This document shows positions 1 through 6,033 of a stretch of DNA of 32,000 nucleotides, one piece after another. The number at the start of each line of letters is the position of its first letter. Position 1 is the stretch's first letter. Origin of the DNA: Akkermansia muciniphila ATCC BAA-835 (lineage in GTDB: Bacteria > Verrucomicrobiota > Verrucomicrobiia > Verrucomicrobiales > Akkermansiaceae). The position numbers were made by a program, and so were the translations under genes. The notes beneath the pieces are model-generated. The model was given only the letters and a program-made list of their open reading frames with translations, was not told the origin of the DNA and searched no databases. Location: NCBI RefSeq assembly GCF_000020225.1, contig NC_010655.1, forward strand, positions 210,001 to 242,000, read 5' to 3'.

Positions 1-23
1 CCTGACCCTTTCATTAAGCCCGG

Positions 24-57
24 GGCCTTTTCCGGAATTTCCATTCCGGAAAAGGCC
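24..57 (+). terminator. Putative rho-independent terminator of the gene upstream of the window
   Basis: Hairpin ggccttttccgga / tccggaaaaggcc around an 8-nt loop, followed by a T-rich run (ttctctttcc) just before the symporter start. Confidence 0.4.
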
Positions 58-71
58 TTCTCTTTCCAGGC

Positions 72-1634
72 ATGCTCACGGACCTTTTCGTCATCGTCAT
101 TTACTTTCTTGCTATCTTCTGCATTGGCATTTATGCGGGACGAAAGCAAAACTCCCTGACAGACTATGCCCTGGGCAACCGCTCCCTGCCCTGGTGGGCT
201 ATTCTGGCCTCTATCCTGGCGGCGGAAATCAGCGCGGCCACCTTCCTGGGGGCTCCCGGAGAAGGGTACCATACCCGCAACTTCACATACGCCCAGCTCT
301 GCATCGGCACCATCCTGGGCCGCATCATCGTCGGCAGGCTCTTTCTCAAGCCCTATTATGACTACAAGGTTGTTTCCATCTATGAATACCTGGAAAAAAG
401 ATTCGGGCTCCTGACGCGGCGGACAGCCTCCATGGTCTTCCTGATCAGCCGGGTGCTCGCCAGCGGAACCAGGCTCTATTTCGCGGGCATTCTGCTGGTC
501 ATTGCCTACCAGTTCCTGACAGGCGTCACGGCAGACGCCGACCAGATTGTCCTGCTCTACATTGCCGCCCTGGTTGCCATCTCCGTCGCCACGACAATTT
601 ATACCGCGATCGGAGGATTGAAAGCCGTCGTCTGGACGGACGTCCTCCAGGCCGTCGTTCTGGGAGTCTCCATGCTTTCCGCCCTGTGGGTACTGTTCTC
701 CCATATCCCCGGAGGGTGGAGCTCCATCTCCGCCGCCATGAATGGCGGAGACGATTGGAAATTCTTCTCCTGGGGAACCGGAGAAGGCCTGGACTTCCTC
801 CAACAAGGCGCCCGCGTGCTGGGCCAGGAATACACGGTGTGGGCAGCCTTCCTGGGAGCAACCTTCATCACCATGGCTACGCATGGCACGGACCAGGACA
901 TGGTGCAGCGCATGCTGGCGGCAAAAAACAGCAAGGCGGGAACGCGTGCAGTCATCGTATCCGGCTTGCTGGACTTCCCCATCGTCATCATTTTCCTCTT
1001 CACGGGCATTCTTCTCTATGTCTTCTACCAATACAACCCGGCAAACCTCCCTGCAGACACGCCGCAGCTGCATGTGTTTCCCTACTTCATCATCCATGAA
1101 CTTCCCAACGGCATCCGCGGGCTGCTGATCGCCGGACTTCTGGCGACGGCCATGGGCTCCCTCTCCACGGCTCTAAACTCCCTGGCGACTACCGCCACCA
1201 AGGACTGGTACCAGGGGATATTCAAACCGGAAGCCACGGAACGGCAGCTGCTCCGGTGCGTGCGCTGGGGAACGGCCGTTTTCTCCCTGCTGCTCATCCT
1301 CGTGGGTTCCATCACAGCGTGGTATGTGGTGCATCACCCGGAAGTCCGCATCATCCAAATAGCCCTGGGCATTTTCGGCTATACCTATGGCTCCCTGCTT
1401 GGCATTTTCCTGTTGGGAATGCTGACCCGCACCAGAGGCAGCGACTCAGGAAACATCATTGCCATGGCGGCAGGATTCTTTGTCATCGCTTTACTGACGG
1501 AACTCATCCCTCTGCCCTCCGGCTGGCAACAATATGTTCCGGAAATAGCATTTCCGTGGCGCGTTACCATCGGAACTCTGGTTACTTTTACCGTCGGCTT
1601 CTGTTTCAGAAAACGCCGCCTTCCCATGCGCTGA
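72..1634 (+). CDS. Sodium:solute symporter family (SSF) transporter
   Basis: 520-aa ORF, polytopic and hydrophobic. The N-terminus (IVIYFLAIFCIGIYAGRK...DYALGNRSLPWW..ASILAAEISAATFLGAPGEGY) is typical of SSS-family Na+/solute symporters. Confidence 0.9.
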   Translation: MLTDLFVIVIYFLAIFCIGIYAGRKQNSLTDYALGNRSLPWWAILASILAAEISAATFLGAPGEGYHTRNFTYAQLCIGTILGRIIVGRLFLKPYYDYKVVSIYEYLEKRFGLLTRRTASMVFLISRVLASGTRLYFAGILLVIAYQFLTGVTADADQIVLLYIAALVAISVATTIYTAIGGLKAVVWTDVLQAVVLGVSMLSALWVLFSHIPGGWSSISAAMNGGDDWKFFSWGTGEGLDFLQQGARVLGQEYTVWAAFLGATFITMATHGTDQDMVQRMLAAKNSKAGTRAVIVSGLLDFPIVIIFLFTGILLYVFYQYNPANLPADTPQLHVFPYFIIHELPNGIRGLLIAGLLATAMGSLSTALNSLATTATKDWYQGIFKPEATERQLLRCVRWGTAVFSLLLILVGSITAWYVVHHPEVRIIQIALGIFGYTYGSLLGIFLLGMLTRTRGSDSGNIIAMAAGFFVIALLTELIPLPSGWQQYVPEIAFPWRVTIGTLVTFTVGFCFRKRRLPMR

Positions 1635-1695
1635 ACGGTGAACGCCGTTACTTGGCCACGTTCATGTTCCGCATTCCCCTTCAAACCGCCCCGTC

Positions 1696-3484
1696 AATGG
1701 GAGTAAAGGTGCAAGCGAAAAATAGGGGATTAGGGGATAAAAATCCCTGAGGGGGGGCGCTCCCTGTCCAACGGGTGCGCCGGAACTCCTTCTCCCGGAC
1801 ACAAAAGCGCCGCTTTCCCGGAAAGGGAAAGCGGCGTGAAACGGAATGGAAACACGCTCCCTCCGCTACACTTCTTCGGGGGACAGCCAGCGGAAGGAAA
1901 CGATGTTGAACTTTCTTCCAAACGCCTTGTTCACGGCGCTCAGCTCCGTATCCTCCAGCGCGCCGCTCTTCATGTTGACCTGCCGGGCCGGAGTTTCCGG
2001 GCTGTTCACCGGATCCACGTAGTTGATCCCCCTCTGCACCACCGCTTCGCACCACGCGCGCGACAGCACCACTCCTTCGCGGTTGGCCAGCTCTCCGTAG
2101 GCGCGCACCGTAAACGTATCGTCCCTCGTCGTCAGGATGTTGCCCAGCACCGCCAGCACGTCAGACTGGATCAGGTAGCCGGGGGCGGCCGTATACACCG
2201 ATCCCCTGGCCGCGTCCTGGTTCGGGTAGCCTCCCTTGGGCGCGATCACCATGTCGGAAAGTTCGTCAAACGTGCTGTTGATGGAGCTCTCGTCAATAGC
2301 CGCCTGAAGCGCTCCCTTCACCCCCATTTCCCCGCTCTGCAGACGGCGGTTGACAAAGTCGGACATGTTCAGGAAGGGGCCTCTCTTTTTGACCTCCTTG
2401 ACCATGTTCCGGGCCAGGGACCTGATTTGCGTGTCGCTCAGGGTTCTCAGGTCCGACCACGCCATAGCCTCCCCGTCCGGGATGCCCTGGGTCACCCCTA
2501 TCGAACCATAGTCGTCCACGTGGGACTTGTCGCTGCTGGCCACTCCGAAACGGGAAAAGGACGTCTGGGAGTTGTTGAGCACGGAGGGCCTGCCGCTCCT
2601 GGAATAGAGAATCTTGCGCTTCTTGAGCCCCAGGAGGGTGGCTTCCCAGGCGCGCTGGGAGGTGGAGTTGACATTGAATCCTCCGGCGACGGTGAGGTAC
2701 TTGGAGGCATGCTTGTAGCCTTCGTCCGTTCTGGCGAGTTCTTCGACGACAGCTTCCGAGGGTTTGCCCTGAAGGTCGGGCAGGAAGCGGCGGTTGGCGA
2801 TACCTGAAGCCCTGTTGGATGAAGCGTCCGTAGAGAAAGCCTGCTGAAGCACGGTTTTAAGTTCTTCCCTGCCCGTGCCCCCAAGGCTGGAAGGACGGGC
2901 GGCCAGGGAGGAGGCGAACCAGGAGTCCCAGAGGGCGTCGTTGATCATCAGGCCGTGGTCCCAGAAGTCCCCCAGGGCGGCGTCCCCCATGATTTCGTTG
3001 TGGGAGAAAACCTTGTCGGCAGGAAGCATGGGATCGGCAAAAGCATTGCCGATGCCTACGCCCGGCACGCCGGACTGGTAGGCGAAGCGTTTGGCGATAG
3101 CCGCCCTGGAGTCGCTCCTGTACCATCCCGGGGTGAGGCGGCATCCGGCAAAGCCGGCCAGGCTGGAGGGCTGCTGGAAGGGAAGCTCCGCGGCGACAAT
3201 CTTGTTGACCTGCTCGGCTCCCGGTCCTCCGAAGGGGGAGAGCCTGGTGCCGTCATTGGAGAGGATGTTGGAGATGGTAATCGGGAAGAAATCGCTGTTG
3301 GCGTTCTTGACTTCAAACTGGTACGGGCTGTAGAGGCGCCCCAGTTCGGAGGCGGTGGGCATCTGGCCTCCCCAGAAAAGGGGGCTGGAGTGCTGCCATG
3401 TCTTGGCCCGGTAGTCCTTGCCCTCCGGATAGGCTCCTATCACGGGGGGCTTGCCCCATTTTACCGATACTCCATAGTAGGCGA
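1696..3484. repeat. Outer inverted-repeat arm, left copy (1,789 bp). Partner is 7414..9202.
   Basis: Coordinates pair as x+y=10898. All six-frame ORF translations inside the arm equal those of the partner (e.g. 1836..2807 = 8091..9062, 2498..2884 = 8014..8400, 3056..3316 = 7582..7842). I checked both ends by hand: identity stops at 1696/9202 and 3484/7414. Confidence 0.95.
1800..1836 (-). terminator. Rho-independent terminator of the full-length giant gene (lies inside the outer arm)
   Basis: Mirror image of 9062..9098. A 12-bp GC-rich stem (cgccgctttccc/gggaaagcggcg) is followed on the minus strand by cttttgtgt, about 30 nt after the stop codon. Confidence 0.6.
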
Positions 3485-5765
3485 CAAACGTGGAGTCCAA
3501 AGAGGGCGTGCCGTATTCGCCCGCTTTTTTAGCTTCTTCATTGGTCCCTTCGTTGCGTTCCCACATTTCTGCGGGAAGTTTAATTTGGTCAACAAGAGGT
3601 TTTTCCCAGGCACCCCAGTTCAGGTTGAGGATGGCCGGCATGGTCTTGGAGAAAATTTCTATTTCCGCCGTGCTTTTCCCATTCAGGGAAGAGGAACTGT
3701 TCATTTTGTTGGGATCCATCAGGCCGGCCCCCATCACGAAGGTTCCCAGGGCTTTGGAGGCACCCTTGTCTCCGTATTTGACGGCGAGAACATGATTGTC
3801 CGGCGTTCCGTTGAGCCGGCTGGTATCTTCCGCGAAGATAACGGAAGCCTTGGCAATACCTACCTGGTTATATCCGCTGCCGTCCAGAAGTTCATAACGG
3901 ACGCCGTCCGTCAGGTTGACGGCATAAGAGCTGACTTGTCCCGGTTCCTGGGACCATCCCTCTTTGAGCGGGAATCTGTCCGGTTTGAAATCACCGCTGT
4001 TGGGCTTTGTTTTGTAAACTTCGTTACCGTTGGCGATATTGGAAACGACCGGCTGGGCAAAGACGACGATCTCGCCTGCTTTCAAGGTGGAAGGCTCTCC
4101 CTTGACGGTGGAACCGTCACTGTTAAGTTTGGCCGTAGTTCGGAAAGAGGCGCCGAAATCCGCCACCTGGCGGTTGTTATAAGAAGCGTTCAAATAGGGG
4201 ATCAGGCAGGATTCTCCATAATTGGAGAGTGCATTCTCATCCAGTTGGTTCCATGCGAATTTAACATTATGGGAAAGCAGCAGGGGCATGAAGCGGTGCT
4301 CGCCGAAGTAGGCGCCCCAGACACCTCCGTTGGCCCCGGTCAGCTTCATATCCACATTATAAGGATTCCACCAGACGTACACGGGAATGACGGCAATACG
4401 GAAGTCGATCCATCCTCCACGGTTGGGATGCTTGTTGCCGTGTTTGACGTAGTTAAGTCCTACAAAGGAATAAAAGCGCAGCAGGATGGGATGGCGCATG
4501 TACGTGTAGCGGTTGTCCATCATTTCCATGCTGGCTGCGGAGTCCGCCGCAATCAGCGTGCTGGGAGCGCTTCCATTCCATTGAAGGGTGGCGGAGGCAT
4601 CCTGGCCTTCCCTCTTCGTGGAGGAGTCCCACACGTTCGCCCACAGGTAAAGCTGGTTCCAGGAGCCGATCGGCCGGTTCTGGTCCGACGGGTTGCCGTC
4701 CTCGGACGTGTACGGACGCAACCCTATGTCCGCCGTATCGCCGCGAAATTCTTCAGGAAGTTTTTCCTGGGAAAACATAATGTTGAGGTCTTTCTTAAGA
4801 CCGCCGAATTTAGAATCCGTCAGCAAACTGGAAGAAACCAGAGAGATGTCGTGGTAAACGTCACCCAAATCCTTCAAACGTCCGTTTTTATTGTTGGCCA
4901 GCAGAGAATCAAGAGAGATAAGCTTTCTGACTGCGGACATGTCGTTCCCGGATCCCGCCGTCATTACGGAAGAAAGATTGAGAGACTCCAGATCGGGGCC
5001 GGGCGTATCCCAGGTGGAACGCAGCACCGTCAGGGCATCCGTACTTTCTTCAGAAGCATGCGGCATCAAATTGATACGCGCTTTCTGGTTTTCCCCCGTG
5101 ACCCACCAGGCTATATATTTACGGGAGTTAGCATTCTTTTTCAGTCCTGTGGTCTTGGAGGAATCATCTACGCGCACCATGCGGGCGTAGATTTCCTTTT
5201 TATCCTGATTCCTGGCTCCAACGGGTGTCCCTATCGTGCCTGGTCCCACCAGGGCGACGCTGCGGAAGTTCTGGTTAGAGAGAGAACGTTTGCCCAACAG
5301 GTTTTTACCCGCTTCCAGAGAACTGAGCCTGCGCAAATCAGGGTCGGAAATGAGCCAGCGGCGGAACATGGATTTTCTTCCTGTATCATAGGTGGCCGAG
5401 ATGTTCATACCCTCGGAGTTATTCGTATTGAGCCAGGAATCCCAGCTGTTCCAGACACCCAGAATATAAGGGGCGTTTCCTTCGCTGGTTCCGGAAGAAA
5501 GAATGCCGGAATTGGCGGAAACACGCTGGTCAGGGCCCAATTCACACTGAAGCTGGCCCAAAGCTACTTCCAGGGAAAATCTGGCGAGGGATTTGGCCTC
5601 CGCCGCAAAAAGCTGTTTCTCGGAAATACGGACCTGTGAAGATGCAATGGTTAAAAGGCCGACGCTGAGGAGGGCTAAAAGCATCATCAGGGTAATGGTG
5701 GCAATCAGGGCAAACCCCTTGCTGACATGCCTGACAGGACGTTTAGTGAAAAGTTTGATCTTCAT
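1866..5765 (-). CDS. Giant (~1,299 aa) secreted or surface protein with a GspK/PilX_N-like pseudopilin N-terminus. This is the expressed copy of the two-cassette locus.
   Basis: The ORF is open from 5849. I prefer the ATG at 5765 (MKIKLFTKRPVRHVSKGFALIATITLMMLLALLSVGLLTIASSQVRISEKQLFAAEA...) because it gives a basic leader, then G-F-A-L-I, then a hydrophobic helix. The C-terminal ~560 aa are identical to the plus-strand copy. Confidence 0.85.
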   Translation of the reverse strand: MKIKLFTKRPVRHVSKGFALIATITLMMLLALLSVGLLTIASSQVRISEKQLFAAEAKSLARFSLEVALGQLQCELGPDQRVSANSGILSSGTSEGNAPYILGVWNSWDSWLNTNNSEGMNISATYDTGRKSMFRRWLISDPDLRRLSSLEAGKNLLGKRSLSNQNFRSVALVGPGTIGTPVGARNQDKKEIYARMVRVDDSSKTTGLKKNANSRKYIAWWVTGENQKARINLMPHASEESTDALTVLRSTWDTPGPDLESLNLSSVMTAGSGNDMSAVRKLISLDSLLANNKNGRLKDLGDVYHDISLVSSSLLTDSKFGGLKKDLNIMFSQEKLPEEFRGDTADIGLRPYTSEDGNPSDQNRPIGSWNQLYLWANVWDSSTKREGQDASATLQWNGSAPSTLIAADSAASMEMMDNRYTYMRHPILLRFYSFVGLNYVKHGNKHPNRGGWIDFRIAVIPVYVWWNPYNVDMKLTGANGGVWGAYFGEHRFMPLLLSHNVKFAWNQLDENALSNYGESCLIPYLNASYNNRQVADFGASFRTTAKLNSDGSTVKGEPSTLKAGEIVVFAQPVVSNIANGNEVYKTKPNSGDFKPDRFPLKEGWSQEPGQVSSYAVNLTDGVRYELLDGSGYNQVGIAKASVIFAEDTSRLNGTPDNHVLAVKYGDKGASKALGTFVMGAGLMDPNKMNSSSSLNGKSTAEIEIFSKTMPAILNLNWGAWEKPLVDQIKLPAEMWERNEGTNEEAKKAGEYGTPSLDSTFVAYYGVSVKWGKPPVIGAYPEGKDYRAKTWQHSSPLFWGGQMPTASELGRLYSPYQFEVKNANSDFFPITISNILSNDGTRLSPFGGPGAEQVNKIVAAELPFQQPSSLAGFAGCRLTPGWYRSDSRAAIAKRFAYQSGVPGVGIGNAFADPMLPADKVFSHNEIMGDAALGDFWDHGLMINDALWDSWFASSLAARPSSLGGTGREELKTVLQQAFSTDASSNRASGIANRRFLPDLQGKPSEAVVEELARTDEGYKHASKYLTVAGGFNVNSTSQRAWEATLLGLKKRKILYSRSGRPSVLNNSQTSFSRFGVASSDKSHVDDYGSIGVTQGIPDGEAMAWSDLRTLSDTQIRSLARNMVKEVKKRGPFLNMSDFVNRRLQSGEMGVKGALQAAIDESSINSTFDELSDMVIAPKGGYPNQDAARGSVYTAAPGYLIQSDVLAVLGNILTTRDDTFTVRAYGELANREGVVLSRAWCEAVVQRGINYVDPVNSPETPARQVNMKSGALEDTELSAVNKAFGRKFNIVSFRWLSPEEV
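4477..4819. repeat. Inner inverted-repeat arm, left copy (343 bp, imperfect). Partner is 6034..6376.
   Basis: Coordinates pair as x+y=10853. By manual alignment, the promoter-proximal ~77 bp are roughly 75-80% identical. The remaining ~266 bp have about 11 mismatches, with perfect blocks of roughly 47-68 bp. Confidence 0.9.
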
Positions 5766-6033
5766 GAAAATGATGGGTTTCGGCAGGCCCCTTTCCGTTC
5801 GAGTGTGAGGAGGAAAAACCTCTGCTGTCACAAAGGTGCGAAGAGCCAATTCTTAACTCTAGCCAATACAAAAAAGAGGCAGTTCATGCAAGCTCAAAGT
5901 TGGTTCAACAGGGCACACGTTGAGCAGAGCAAACAGGCTCCGGGACAATTGGAAAGAAAAATAAGGCAAGAAAAATCGCATTTTTATCCAATTCCGTTCT
6001 TAAAGGTTTATATTATGATTTTTATAGAAAAAT
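4820..6033. other. Candidate invertible segment (1,214 bp) bounded by the inner arms. It carries the 5' ~315 codons of the giant gene plus its upstream region.
   Basis: It lies exactly between the inner inverted repeats. It contains the only pilin-like N-terminus and the AT-rich non-coding region. Inversion is inferred, not observed. Confidence 0.45.
5766..6014. promoter_or_regulatory. AT-rich divergent intergenic region, presumed promoter region of the giant gene
   Basis: This is the only sizeable non-coding stretch between the head-to-head genes. It is markedly AT-rich (e.g. aaagaaaaataaggcaagaaaaatcgcatttttatcc, tttatattatgatttttatagaaaaatc). No promoter motif could be assigned confidently. 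Confidence 0.3.

Noticed and set aside
2955-5639. An 894-aa plus-strand ORF, with its mirror fragment 7203..7943 and the 323-aa ORFs 1836..2807 / 8091..9062
   Set aside because: These are antisense shadow frames of the giant gene. Their composition is Gly/Arg/Pro/Val-rich and low-complexity, with no recognisable motifs. Their duplication simply reflects the inverted repeat.
5727-6014. An N-terminal extension of the plus-strand copy, since the ORF is open from 5727
   Set aside because: This stretch overlaps the start of the minus-strand gene and the AT-rich intergenic DNA. It shows no homology to the full-length paralogue, where homology begins at 6034, and encodes no signal or pilin-like leader.
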